This document shows positions 25,641 through 35,644 of a stretch of DNA of 64,000 nt, one piece after another. The translations under genes were made by a program, and so were the position numbers. The notes beneath the pieces were generated by a model that was not told the origin of the DNA, did not search any database, and worked only from the letters and a program-made list of their open reading frames with translations. Position 1 is the stretch's first letter. Each line of letters begins with the position of its first letter. Location of the stretch: IMG/VR virus record IMGVR_UViG_3300021387_000796, positions 128,001 to 192,000 of that record; one strand, written 5' to 3'. The stretch is from a virus (lineage: Duplodnaviria > Caudoviricetes).

Positions 25641-26941
25641 TCATTTTCTTCTTTTTCTTCAAATTTTTGACAATAAATTTGTAAACTTAACACATTAATT
25701 GCATCTATAAAAAAACTAGGAACTAATAAAAATATCAATTGTATTATATTAGCACTAATTCCCATTATTGCTCCAATTAAATCACATAATGATTTTGCCC
25801 TATCAGTCTTATTCTCAACTTTTTCTACAGAAACTCCGCTTTCCGCATAGTCCATCAATTTGGAATTAATTTCTTTATTGCGATTATTTAATTCTTCAAT
25901 TCTAATATTATTATCAGAAATTTTCTGTTGAGCAGTTGCAGTGATGCGACCTTCAATAATAACATTTTGTTTTTTCTCATTATCCCAAGCAAGAACATAT
26001 TGTGTCTGTTGAAATTTAATATCTTCATTCAATAATTCAATCTGCTTTTTGTTTTCGTTCAATTCATCTTTAAGCAAATCAAATGAAAGTTTCTTTCCCT
26101 CATTCACATTATAAGTTTTTTCTATAACATAATGACTGTCTTTATATTTTGTATAGTTTACATCGATTGAACTCAACATACTAAATCCAATAGTGCAAAT
26201 TGTTGTAAATCCAAATATAAATGCACTCAACTTGTGATTATTTCTCCACGCCTTGCGAGTCATTTGCGACCCTACTAAACCAAATGTGAGCATAGCGGTA
26301 GAAATAGCATAAGCAACAAATTTAGTCTGTAATCGCTGAAGATAGGTTCCTGTAAAATAAATGGAAAGAATGGAACAAACAATCATCAAAGCAATCATCA
26401 GTTTTGGATATACGAATTCAAACAAATTGAATTCATTCTTTTCTTTTTCAACCTTTGGTTTTTCTTCGACCTTTTTAGTTTCAACCACACTTTCTACTTT
26501 CTTTGGTTCGATGACTGTTTCAATTTTTGGTACAACAGTCTTTTCAACTTCCTTAGATTCTGCAACTTTTTCTACAGTCTTAGGTTTAAGAATTTCTTTG
26601 GTCTTTTCCGCCGACTGAATAGGATTTTTCACACGCTTAATTGGCGTAGGTTTAGAAACGACCGTTGGTTTTGTAGTCTGTGTTGAACTTGATGTGGAGG
26701 TAAATTCCTTCTCTTTCTTTACATTTAATGCTTTCTTCACAAGTCTTTCGCTCTGTTTAGAAAGTGTATAATCATAACCACCATTAGTGTTCTTCTTAGC
26801 ATTGTAAGTTTCAGAAGTCATAGACTTAAACTCATCGTAAGGAATCAATACTCCATCAGAAGTAAGGATTTCACCGTTCTTTGAATTTGGGAGATAGAAA
26901 TAAGTTACTCCTAAATTTTCATTCTTCCACTGTTTAATCAT
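25637..26941 (-). CDS. multi-pass membrane protein with low-complexity linker and coiled coil
   Basis: T/K/E/P-rich linker, three TMs, coiled coil, C-terminal TM; promoter 26963-26991. Confidence 0.8.
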   Translation of the reverse strand: MIKQWKNENLGVTYFYLPNSKNGEILTSDGVLIPYDEFKSMTSETYNAKKNTNGGYDYTLSKQSERLVKKALNVKKEKEFTSTSSSTQTTKPTVVSKPTPIKRVKNPIQSAEKTKEILKPKTVEKVAESKEVEKTVVPKIETVIEPKKVESVVETKKVEEKPKVEKEKNEFNLFEFVYPKLMIALMIVCSILSIYFTGTYLQRLQTKFVAYAISTAMLTFGLVGSQMTRKAWRNNHKLSAFIFGFTTICTIGFSMLSSIDVNYTKYKDSHYVIEKTYNVNEGKKLSFDLLKDELNENKKQIELLNEDIKFQQTQYVLAWDNEKKQNVIIEGRITATAQQKISDNNIRIEELNNRNKEINSKLMDYAESGVSVEKVENKTDRAKSLCDLIGAIMGISANIIQLIFLLVPSFFIDAINVLSLQIYCQKFEEKEEND

Positions 26942-27038
26942 TTTTTATTTAACCTCATTATTAGTATAGCATATATAGTTTGATGTGTCAAGAAAAATTA
27001 TTAAAAAAATTAACTATTTGTTTCATATGGAGAAAAAT

Positions 27039-27446
27039 ATGACTAGACAAGAACAGAAGTATCTTAAAGAATGTAAAGAAAAACAATTTATTGAATCAAT
27101 TAAAGGTCAGAAAATTGACGGAAAAACTAAAGCCGAATTTCGTAAGACTGATACTTGGAAAAACTTTAGAAAATATATTCACGATAAATACAAGGTGGAT
27201 TATCTGACAAAAAGAAAACTTACTAAAACATGGAATTTACACCATGAACGATTTGACTCAAAGTTGTATTCTGATTTAGATGAAGAATTCTTTTTGCCAC
27301 TGAATAATCAGCAACATGATGTACTCCATGTGATTATCTCCGAAACAATTAAAGACCCTACTTATTTAGATAGACTTTGTGAATTAGTACATAAACACAT
27401 AGAACTCAATGATGGAAAAGATGTAAAAGATTTCCTTAAAGATTAA
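27039..27446 (+). CDS. HNH-family endonuclease
   Basis: WKNFR, WNLHH, LNNQQHDVLH; GGAG SD; late motif at 27011. Confidence 0.7.
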   Translation: MTRQEQKYLKECKEKQFIESIKGQKIDGKTKAEFRKTDTWKNFRKYIHDKYKVDYLTKRKLTKTWNLHHERFDSKLYSDLDEEFFLPLNNQQHDVLHVIISETIKDPTYLDRLCELVHKHIELNDGKDVKDFLKD

Positions 27447-27973
27447 ATATATCTTCACTATAATTTTTAAGACTATCCATGATTATCTGTTTCGGCAAAA
27501 AGTTCCAACAGTAATATGAACTTGAAAAAGTAATTTTGTTGTCTACTTTTCCATTGTTTATAAACTTCATTCGTTCTTCAAACATTAGTAATTGTAAATC
27601 TTTATCTTTAAATATTTGCTTAGGTGCTGAATCATTCAACCACGTGTTGCTCATAATTAATGCAAATGGCTTATTAAAACTTAAAGCACGTTTAAATATA
27701 CCTCGCTTGTTTGTAAAAGGCGGATTGCTGATGATACAATCCCAATGTTCAGTAGGTTCATAAGTATAAAAATCCTTTCCTTCTAAAATATGACTATGAA
27801 TAACTTTATTTTTTCTCGAAATAAGTTTTACAAAATTACTTTCTTCCGTATCGAATGGACACCAAACCACCCAATCTTTTGGAATGTATTTTAATATAGG
27901 ATAGACCCCCCCCCATCGGAGTATAGCATTCATCATTAGAACCTTTAGAATATAAAATTGATTTCGAATTCAT
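27436..27973 (-). pseudogene. amino (N6-A/N4-C) methyltransferase frameshifted at a G9 tract (27906-27914)
   Basis: MNSKSILYSKGSNDECYTP from ATG 27973, then VWCPFD, GKDF, IISNPPF in another frame; span 538 nt = 3n+1. Confidence 0.8.
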
Positions 27974-28539
27974 TATCTCTTTTCTCCAAAGAAGCACTTT
28001 CCACATACACATTCATATTTTACATCACCAACTTCAATCTGACTTTTCTTTGTACCCATGTAATATGAATAGTTTCCAAGCATAGAACCACACTTTGTAC
28101 ACACACCGTTCAGTTTTTCAATTTCATCACATAAAGGAAGAATCTGAATTGCTTCATCAAACATATGAGCATCAGAATCAGCAATAAGTCCTGCATAATA
28201 TACATCAGTATTTGTTTTACAAATCAACAAAGTTTCCAAGAAATTACGATTGTTTTTAATCATAAAAAATTCATCAATAAAAATAACATCGTATTTTTCT
28301 TTTATGATATCATTAATTGTGGTGTCGTTGAATTCTTTAATATAAATACATTCAATCTTCTTTTCATTAATAGCCTTGATTACTTTGGAATCATTTCTTG
28401 AATGTGTAATATATCCTCTATCATCTATATAAGGTCTGATGAATAAAATCTTCTTCTTTGCATAAGTACACTTAATTAAATCTCGAATTAAACTTTCGGA
28501 TTTTCCTGAATACATTGAGCCACAAAATAATTTAATCAT
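27973..28539 (-). CDS. tdk: thymidine kinase
   Basis: GSMYSGKS, IDEF, AGL..D, CTKC..C..C zinc site. Confidence 0.93.
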   Translation of the reverse strand: MIKLFCGSMYSGKSESLIRDLIKCTYAKKKILFIRPYIDDRGYITHSRNDSKVIKAINEKKIECIYIKEFNDTTINDIIKEKYDVIFIDEFFMIKNNRNFLETLLICKTNTDVYYAGLIADSDAHMFDEAIQILPLCDEIEKLNGVCTKCGSMLGNYSYYMGTKKSQIEVGDVKYECVCGKCFFGEKR

Positions 28540-29023
28540 TCTTTTTATTCTCCTTTAATTTTCTAAAATATTCACGATTTTCCAAGATTCTTTTGTGAAA
28601 AACAATATTCTCTTTTTCACAGATTATTTGATTCAATAAAAGTTCGGTGTTATGTCTGTACATATCTTTTTGTTCTAACTCATCTGTGAAAAAGTTATCA
28701 GACTCTTTAATCTTATAAAATTTACCATTCTTAAAATGATACAAACCCCAACCTAGCGGAACTTCATTTTCTTTTATGAAATCACCATTACAAACAAAAT
28801 AACGCTTTTCTCCAAACCACGCTTCCGTAGTACGAGAATATTTCTTTCTGTCAGCCAAGAAATCTGACCTACTCATTTTGATTTCATACAAAGTGCTTTT
28901 ACCGCTCGAATTAAAATCCAACACATCTGGTTTTTCAGGTATCCCTACCATTGATACCTCAAACAACGCTACAGATGAAACAAATCTTTCGGCAGTCTTT
29001 TTACAAAGTTCAAAATGCGTCAT
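28532..29023 (-). CDS. PD-(D/E)XK nuclease, MmcB-like
   Basis: EKPDV..YEIKMSRSDFLAD..RYFV..EVP.GWGL. Confidence 0.75.
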   Translation of the reverse strand: MTHFELCKKTAERFVSSVALFEVSMVGIPEKPDVLDFNSSGKSTLYEIKMSRSDFLADRKKYSRTTEAWFGEKRYFVCNGDFIKENEVPLGWGLYHFKNGKFYKIKESDNFFTDELEQKDMYRHNTELLLNQIICEKENIVFHKRILENREYFRKLKENKKND

Positions 29024-29026
29024 ATA

Positions 29027-29407
29027 TTAATCCTTTATAAATAACTTTTTCTTTCCCTCAATAATCATGGAAGAGAGAATGTTTGTAAACAACTTGCACA
29101 AATAATTAAAATCATTCTTCAAAGTTTCAACATTGTTTCTATTAATTGATGTAAACTTACCTTTCTGATTAGCGTTAATTGTCATATAATATGAACCAAC
29201 TTCTTGTGGTAATTTTCCTATAAAATTTTCATATTCGCTTTCATTCCAAACAACAATCGACTGATTTAAAATATAAAGGATATTTGCACACTGTTTCAAA
29301 TTTATGTAGTTCTTTTTTGTTTCCATGTCAATCATAAACTTCAACAGAGCGATTGTATTTGGTGCGACTACTTCTAAAGTAGAATCTTTATTATAAAACA
29401 ATTTCAT
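29027..29407 (-). CDS. hypothetical protein
   Basis: AGGAG SD. Confidence 0.75.
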   Translation of the reverse strand: MKLFYNKDSTLEVVAPNTIALLKFMIDMETKKNYINLKQCANILYILNQSIVVWNESEYENFIGKLPQEVGSYYMTINANQKGKFTSINRNNVETLKNDFNYLCKLFTNILSSMIIEGKKKLFIKD

Positions 29408-29412
29408 ATATA

Positions 29413-30024
29413 TTATCTCCTACATTTTACAAAATCGAAATAAATTTCATTAAATTTGTCAAAATATTTATTTGCTGAAATTGTCCAAAAATCATTTGAA
29501 GAATAATCTCCGTTTTTTATTTTTTTCAAATTTCCAACACCAACATTATACGATTTGATTAAATCGTCACTATTTTGAATTACAGAATATCTATCCCAAC
29601 ACATGCGGATGTATCCTAAAGATGTCATAATATTTATATCATATTTGTTTTTATCATTCAAGTCTTCAAAAGAAATTTTTTTATCATACCAATCATTAAA
29701 ATCTTTTAATGCCACTTTCGTTAGTTGCCCCATACCAACTGCATTTTTACTCGAAGTGCATTCATAACTAAATCCGCTTTCTATCGCAAAAAAAGATAAC
29801 GCAAATGCCAAATCAATATCATAATGCTTTGCCCAATAAGAAACCGTGGCATGAATTTCAATATAATTAACTTTTCCTTTACCATATTTTTTATGGTATT
29901 TGTTCATAGTATGAATTAATTCGTGACGATTATATTCTATTTTCTTAGAATTTCGATTCAGCAAGTTGGCAAATAAATTAAATGTCACAGTAAAAAATAC
30001 AATTAATAAAAATAACTTTTTCAT
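29413..30024 (-). CDS. secreted lytic transglycosylase (SLT domain)
   Basis: signal peptide; AIESGF, AVGMGQL, SYNVG. Confidence 0.88.
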   Translation of the reverse strand: MKKLFLLIVFFTVTFNLFANLLNRNSKKIEYNRHELIHTMNKYHKKYGKGKVNYIEIHATVSYWAKHYDIDLAFALSFFAIESGFSYECTSSKNAVGMGQLTKVALKDFNDWYDKKISFEDLNDKNKYDINIMTSLGYIRMCWDRYSVIQNSDDLIKSYNVGVGNLKKIKNGDYSSNDFWTISANKYFDKFNEIYFDFVKCRR

Positions 30025-30106
30025 AAATAAATAGTACAACATTCTATATAATTTGTCAAGTAAAATTATTAAAATTTATAACTATTTAATAAAATGGAGG
30101 ATTTAT

Positions 30107-30502
30107 ATGAAAAAAATAATTATTTATGTTTGTATTTTAATAATATCTGTAACCATTAGTTTCTTTGTTGGAAAATTTGATTCTAAAAAAGATATTTCTC
30201 AATTACAAAACGAATTAATGATTGCCACTGATAAATTAACTAATGTTGAAAAAAGAAACGAAGAATTAATTCAATTAAATGAAGAACAAAAAGTTACAAT
30301 AGATGAACTAAATTTAGAAAATCAAAATTCCGCAAAACATATTAAATCGATTAAAGAAATAAACTCCTCCACTAAAGAAAAATTAAACAATCTTGAATCT
30401 TCCACGGATTCAACAATGAATTCTATAAATAAACTAAAAGAAAATAATAAAATATTGAGAGAATACTTTAATTTTGTGTCATCTATAACAAAGGAGGAAT
30501 AA
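30107..30502 (+). CDS. membrane-anchored coiled-coil protein (spanin-like)
   Basis: N-terminal TM plus coiled coil; late motif at 30079. Confidence 0.6.
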   Translation: MKKIIIYVCILIISVTISFFVGKFDSKKDISQLQNELMIATDKLTNVEKRNEELIQLNEEQKVTIDELNLENQNSAKHIKSIKEINSSTKEKLNNLESSTDSTMNSINKLKENNKILREYFNFVSSITKEE

Positions 30503-30503
30503 T

Positions 30504-31049
30504 ATGAAAAAGTTTTTAATATTTGCAACAATCATTCTTTTATCAACAAAAGTTTACTGTGATGATTTTGTCAATCAAAAGTTGAACGAACAAGATGAAT
30601 TAATTGATGATATTGAATTACAAATTACAAACATGACCAATCTAATATCTTTGCTTAAATTAGATAATCTTGATATTAGTGAACATGCTGATGAATTAGA
30701 AAAAAGTAATAAAAATATGGCAAATGAAATTTCTTCTTTAAAAAACATAAACAATGAACTTCATGTCGCATTAACATCTAATAAAGAAGACACTCATGAA
30801 GTAATAAATATATTAGGTGATATGAACGAAGAGATTTCAAAAATAAGCAAACAAAAAGAATTAGCCGATAAATTTATTCGACTTGTTATACCCACAACGA
30901 CAATTCCTTTAATTGCGAGTGGAGCATATTTGTATTTTGCTACTGATGAAAAAAACTTGGGTAAACTAATGATGATGTGTGGTGGTGGATTATTAATTGG
31001 TGGGGAATTAGTTTGGAATGGTGGAAAGTTTATATTTAAGATTTGGTAG
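30504..31049 (+). CDS. exported coiled-coil membrane protein (spanin-like?)
   Basis: signal peptide ending KVYC, coiled coil, two C-terminal hydrophobic segments, terminal Trp. Confidence 0.55.
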   Translation: MKKFLIFATIILLSTKVYCDDFVNQKLNEQDELIDDIELQITNMTNLISLLKLDNLDISEHADELEKSNKNMANEISSLKNINNELHVALTSNKEDTHEVINILGDMNEEISKISKQKELADKFIRLVIPTTTIPLIASGAYLYFATDEKNLGKLMMMCGGGLLIGGELVWNGGKFIFKIW

Positions 31050-31056
31050 GTAATTT

Positions 31057-31719
31057 ATGGATTTAGATGAAAAAGGAATATACAAATACAATCAGAGAAA
31101 AAGAGAAATATCCCCTAATTATGTATGTTTTCCAAATAACATGGCTCAAGCGTGGGAAATTTTAAATCAATCGGAAAACTGTTGGAATAATGTATTAAAT
31201 TATCATACTGAATTTAAAAGTGTTGCTGATAAACTGACTTATTTTTTAAGATTTGAACCAATGATGCAAGAAATATACAAGTTTTACTTTCCTACGGAAT
31301 ATAAAAAATGGATGGAAGATAAAACTAAAGACCAATACCTATATTCTAATAATTCGTATCCTCCAAATGAGATTTTTAAAATCGTTTGTATAGGATTTAA
31401 TTTGTTTTTATCTATGAATAAAGGTGATGATTTTAAGGCGGTTTGTTATACAAAATCTATGAATTTGAATGAGATTAAAAAAGAAATTGATAATGGAAAA
31501 CCTGTGGTGACTTCGTTCAAATTAGGAAATATAGGTGGACACCTAATGACTGTAAAGGGATATGATAGGAGCAATTTATATGTTTATGACACTTATGGAT
31601 GCTCCTACTTGGAAAAATTTAAGAGTAAAAACAATGCAAAGATTTTGAGTTATAAAGAGTTCAATGAGTTGGCAAAACCTACTGATTCAGAGAGCAAGTT
31701 TTGCATATGTTTCTATTGA
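31057..31719 (+). CDS. papain-like (C39-type) peptidase, possible endolysin
   Basis: YNQR..CFP, GKPVV..GGH....GYD...YD.YG. Confidence 0.7.
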   Translation: MDLDEKGIYKYNQRKREISPNYVCFPNNMAQAWEILNQSENCWNNVLNYHTEFKSVADKLTYFLRFEPMMQEIYKFYFPTEYKKWMEDKTKDQYLYSNNSYPPNEIFKIVCIGFNLFLSMNKGDDFKAVCYTKSMNLNEIKKEIDNGKPVVTSFKLGNIGGHLMTVKGYDRSNLYVYDTYGCSYLEKFKSKNNAKILSYKEFNELAKPTDSESKFCICFY

Positions 31720-31749
31720 TAACTATTTTCTTATATAGGAGAATAATTT

Positions 31750-32505
31750 ATGGCAACCTACCTTGAAAATTTTTCCGTATCGGATTCATTTTTAGAACGT
31801 GTAAAAGAAAGTATAGGCTATCCTTTAGTTGACGCTGATACATTAAGTGAAATTTTTGACGACAATTGGATTAGAGAAAATATTTGCGCAAGAGAAGCAG
31901 AACAATTCTTCAACTTTTTTCCTTTGGTAGTAAACGTACCTATAAATGTAAGCGGAACTGCGGAAGTTTCAGTTGATGCCCCGTCTAACTGTCTCGGTAT
32001 AGTGCATTCAGCATTTGTTGAAAGTGGTGGTGGCAACAATAATCTGATGAGCGGAAATCCGTTTTTTACTTCTAGTATCGTAAGCGTATCTTCAAGTATT
32101 GCAAGGAATTACGGCACTGCCTTCGATTATAATTCATACTACTATTCATCTAGTCAACAAAACTTTTTCAATAAAGCATTGCAAAATTCTAACAAGAGTT
32201 TCTATGCTTATTATGACGAAGTACATGACCGTATAGTGGCTAAGAGTACCTTAGTGGGCACTATTAGTGTAGATTGCGGATGCTATGCTGAATCTGTAGA
32301 CATGATTCCTAGAAGATTAAGGGTAAAATATCTTGAGTTGTGTCAGACCGCTTTAGGGGTTAAATTTGCTTCAATTTTGAAAATGCAGAATAGTGACTTA
32401 CCACTTTCAATCGATACAGACGCAATTTATGAGAACAACTCTGATGCTCATGAAAAATTAGTCGAGTGGTGTCAAGCCAATAGCACTTATTGTATTATGC
32501 GTTAA
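31750..32505 (+). CDS. virion neck/head-tail protein (T4 gp13-like, tentative)
   Basis: late motif at 31720; IGYP.V N-terminus; context. Confidence 0.5.
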   Translation: MATYLENFSVSDSFLERVKESIGYPLVDADTLSEIFDDNWIRENICAREAEQFFNFFPLVVNVPINVSGTAEVSVDAPSNCLGIVHSAFVESGGGNNNLMSGNPFFTSSIVSVSSSIARNYGTAFDYNSYYYSSSQQNFFNKALQNSNKSFYAYYDEVHDRIVAKSTLVGTISVDCGCYAESVDMIPRRLRVKYLELCQTALGVKFASILKMQNSDLPLSIDTDAIYENNSDAHEKLVEWCQANSTYCIMR

Positions 32506-32523
32506 ATTATATGAGGAAATAAT

Positions 32524-33327
32524 ATGTTCGAACTCAAGTTGACCACTGCGAAGGTAATCTCAATCGATGATGCAAGCAAAGAAGGAAAAATTCAAATTTC
32601 TATAGAATCCGTATCAGAAGGTTGGAAAAAAGACTTACTTCCTTGGGCAATTCCTTTAATCTCTAACGTTGCTGACGGTACTATGGAAATGCATTTACCC
32701 AAAGTAAATTCACAAGTTTGGGTATTAGTTGATAAATACTATAAACGTTTTTATTATATATCAAACCGATACTTCTATAATCTCTTTGATTTTTCTAAAG
32801 TAAGTGGTTTATTGAACAAATGTAACAAGATTGATACAGAATATAAAAATATAGATTTCAAATATTATTTAGACGGCACATTACTTTTTCATAACAATTC
32901 CGATGGCTCAAGTGGAATCATAACTAATCAAGGCACACTTGTATACATTGATAAAGATGGAAATTTGATTAAAGAAATTGAAAATAACGAAAATACAACA
33001 ATTAAAGGTGATAAAAATGAAATTATAAAAGGTAAAGAAAATATTGAAATCAACGGTCAATCATCGACAACATACAAAAATAAATGTGCGGTTAATTGTG
33101 AATCATCTTATGAATGCACATCACAAGGCTCTATTACATTAAAATCAAAAACCTCATCTTTAGTGGAAATAGGAAACGCCGTTACAACACTAGGTGCTAT
33201 ACTCACGGAACTTTGTCAAGATTTGGCATCATTAACAACACAAGGAACTTCAAAAACACAAACATCACCAATATTAACATCTCAAATGACAATGTTATTG
33301 CCAAAAATTAAAGCAACTTTAAAATAA
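32524..33327 (+). CDS. baseplate spike (gp5/GpV-like)
   Basis: AKV..IDD..KEGKIQ..LPWA.P..P..NSQVWV OB-fold; I.GD..E.I.G beta-helix repeats. Confidence 0.8.
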   Translation: MFELKLTTAKVISIDDASKEGKIQISIESVSEGWKKDLLPWAIPLISNVADGTMEMHLPKVNSQVWVLVDKYYKRFYYISNRYFYNLFDFSKVSGLLNKCNKIDTEYKNIDFKYYLDGTLLFHNNSDGSSGIITNQGTLVYIDKDGNLIKEIENNENTTIKGDKNEIIKGKENIEINGQSSTTYKNKCAVNCESSYECTSQGSITLKSKTSSLVEIGNAVTTLGAILTELCQDLASLTTQGTSKTQTSPILTSQMTMLLPKIKATLK

Positions 33328-33328
33328 C

Positions 33329-33868
33329 TCACCATTCATTTGAATTTTTCAATTGTTCAACCAACGCAACAAAATCATTATCGTTTAACAATTGATAAGA
33401 TGTAATAGGTGCTACAACAAAATTGTGATGATATACACCACTAGAAGCATTTCCTTTAGATATGCTATCTGTAATTTGTAGTTTTAATATTTGGAATGTA
33501 TCATCAAAGTTTCGAAGTTTTAATAATATTACTGAATCTTTACGAATGTTATATTTTTTAATGTCTTCGTTTTTGAAATAAGCAGTAATTGGTAAAATGT
33601 CATACATATGTAGTACATTACTTTGCGTTTGAGACGATGAATTAGAATCCATAGTTGAAGTCGGAATATCATCGTCAGGAAAATCCATAAGTACATTAAC
33701 AAATCCGCTCAAATTTACACTTTGATATGTATTTTGATATTTATCGAACTCTACTTCTATAACGGCACACCTACATCTTGTTCCACTAATACCAATAAAG
33801 TTATCTTCCATTTTTCGATTAAATTTCCATAATTTTCTAGCAAGACAATCTTGTACCGTTCTAGCCAT
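33329..33868 (-). CDS. probable virion (head-closure-like) protein
   Basis: in a late operon; beta-rich; no firm motif. Confidence 0.5.
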   Translation of the reverse strand: MARTVQDCLARKLWKFNRKMEDNFIGISGTRCRCAVIEVEFDKYQNTYQSVNLSGFVNVLMDFPDDDIPTSTMDSNSSSQTQSNVLHMYDILPITAYFKNEDIKKYNIRKDSVILLKLRNFDDTFQILKLQITDSISKGNASSGVYHHNFVVAPITSYQLLNDNDFVALVEQLKNSNEW

Positions 33869-33881
33869 TTCGTTTCACCTA

Positions 33882-34019
33882 CTAGTCTAACATTCTTGTA
33901 ACATATGTGTTTTTTGAAGTTTCTACAATTTGTATTTTCTTTTCAGTTAAAGATTTTTTTTCATTTTCAAATTCTTCAACGCTCATAGTTTTACCATTTA
34001 ATGTAATCTGTTCTTTCAT
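33882..34019 (-). CDS. 45-aa hypothetical protein (not in ORF track)
   Basis: MKEQITLNGKTMSVEEFENEKKSLTEKKIQIVETSKNTYVTRMLD; GGAG SD. Confidence 0.65.
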   Translation of the reverse strand: MKEQITLNGKTMSVEEFENEKKSLTEKKIQIVETSKNTYVTRMLD

Positions 34020-34050
34020 TTCTACATTCTCCATATTATTCCTCCATTAA

Positions 34051-34971
34051 TTACATGTATAAAGTGTGCTGATTAATGACAGTAGTTCCTTTCTTTTCAC
34101 CCACTTGTGGTGAAAAACCCATATAATTATTATTGTAAATATTTGTAATATTGTTTCCCATAATACCAAAACTTGGAGTAATGGATTGAGTATATTTAAA
34201 TTCTGCAATAACTAATCCATTCGAAGGATAATTTGGAGCATGTGCCAAACCAGAGGTTGCTTCGTCACCCATAATATATCGTACCGAGCCATCATTCATC
34301 AATACGGCAATATCGATTCTAACTTTTCCAGAAGTTATACTAAGATTAATTTTATGATAATCTGTATCAGTTTCTGTCAATATGATTGTTTCTTCATTAT
34401 TTTTTTCCACCAACACACCATTTATTATGGCTTTACCTTTTCCAACAACAAAGCCGAATTCACTCGTTCGATTTTCAATTGGTGTAACATTAAAACTTGG
34501 TAAACTTGAATTATAAGAAGAATAATAATAGTCGTTATATTTTGAAGATGGACACCACGTTTTTCTAGTATAATCAAATTCTGTGCTTAAAGTGCCACCT
34601 TGGAAAACGGCTCGTCCTAAAATAATCGGATGATTCATCGAACTAATATCACTCAATGATTTTGTTTCAAAACTTACATAATTATTTACGGATTGACTCC
34701 AATTAAAACTTGCTACAACGAAAGGTTTTTGGCTATCCACCGCCATCACAAATGATTCTCTAGTTTCAACATGAACAATTATATTACCATCACCAATCAA
34801 CAATTGCATTTCATCAACTTGTATTGTAGAATCGCCTGATTTTGTTAAAAGACCACCTGAAATAACACCCTCAGGTAACACTCCGCACAATAATTTATTA
34901 AAACCTTCAGCAGTACCTTCTTGTTGATATCTGAATGTAATTAATTGGTCTCCTGTATTAACACTTGCCAT
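34051..34971 (-). CDS. baseplate/tail-fibre-associated structural protein
   Basis: late motif at 35004; G.AIING..RIDI..G..AP pattern. Confidence 0.6.
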   Translation of the reverse strand: MASVNTGDQLITFRYQQEGTAEGFNKLLCGVLPEGVISGGLLTKSGDSTIQVDEMQLLIGDGNIIVHVETRESFVMAVDSQKPFVVASFNWSQSVNNYVSFETKSLSDISSMNHPIILGRAVFQGGTLSTEFDYTRKTWCPSSKYNDYYYSSYNSSLPSFNVTPIENRTSEFGFVVGKGKAIINGVLVEKNNEETIILTETDTDYHKINLSITSGKVRIDIAVLMNDGSVRYIMGDEATSGLAHAPNYPSNGLVIAEFKYTQSITPSFGIMGNNITNIYNNNYMGFSPQVGEKKGTTVINQHTLYM

Positions 34972-35059
34972 ATAAATCTCCAAATAAAAAATATTTTCTT
35001 ATTAAATAGTTATATTTTTTTATATCACAAATTAAAATTAAAAGCAACTATATTCTTAA

Positions 35060-35296
35060 ATGGATTTTGGTATTAAAAAAATAATAAAGAAAAAATGTTT
35101 CAAAAATGGAAAAATTTTAATGGTTGAATTAGAAGGCAAAAATTTATTCTCCATTCTAGTTTTCAATAAAGAGAATCAATTATTAGAATCCTTCTGTCGT
35201 TGTTGTTTTGATGATTCATTAAAAAAAGATATTCTAAGTATCATGAGAAAAAAATATAAAGAAAAAATAAATCAATATTTTTATAATTTCACTTGA
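35060..35296 (+). CDS. hypothetical protein
   Basis: ATG shortly after CAACTAT motif. Confidence 0.5.
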   Translation: MDFGIKKIIKKKCFKNGKILMVELEGKNLFSILVFNKENQLLESFCRCCFDDSLKKDILSIMRKKYKEKINQYFYNFT

Positions 35297-35355
35297 CATA
35301 TTAATGATGAAATGATATATTTAAACAAAACTAAATCAAAAGGAGAAATAAAGAA

Positions 35356-35574
35356 ATGCCTAAGTGTGTTTTAAATGATTGGGATGAAGAAATCGAACTC
35401 GATGAAGAATTGGAGGAACAGTTTGGTACTGAAATTTCATCTGTTGCTTCAAAGCACATCAAAAACCCATCTAAAAATCGTAAAGAAATAAAATTCAAAA
35501 AAGATGGATTTTACGATAGAAATCACAAGGAATCAAAATTTAAAAACAACAGTTCTTATGAAAGAAATCGTTAA
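35356..35574 (+). CDS. hypothetical protein (acidic N-terminus, basic C-terminus)
   Basis: promoter 35293-35321 TTGACA-N17-TATATT; AGGAG SD. Confidence 0.75.
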   Translation: MPKCVLNDWDEEIELDEELEEQFGTEISSVASKHIKNPSKNRKEIKFKKDGFYDRNHKESKFKNNSSYERNR

Positions 35575-35644
35575 ATGAATAATAAATGGGAAGTAAAGCA
35601 CTTCCCTTTTATTATTTCAAATAAATTAATATATGGAGAAAAAT

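Noticed and set aside
27436-29023. Type II restriction-modification pair (MTase + PD-(D/E)XK nuclease)
   Set aside because: The genes are separated by tdk, the nuclease looks MmcB-like, and an intact cognate REase would be incompatible with the frameshifted MTase.
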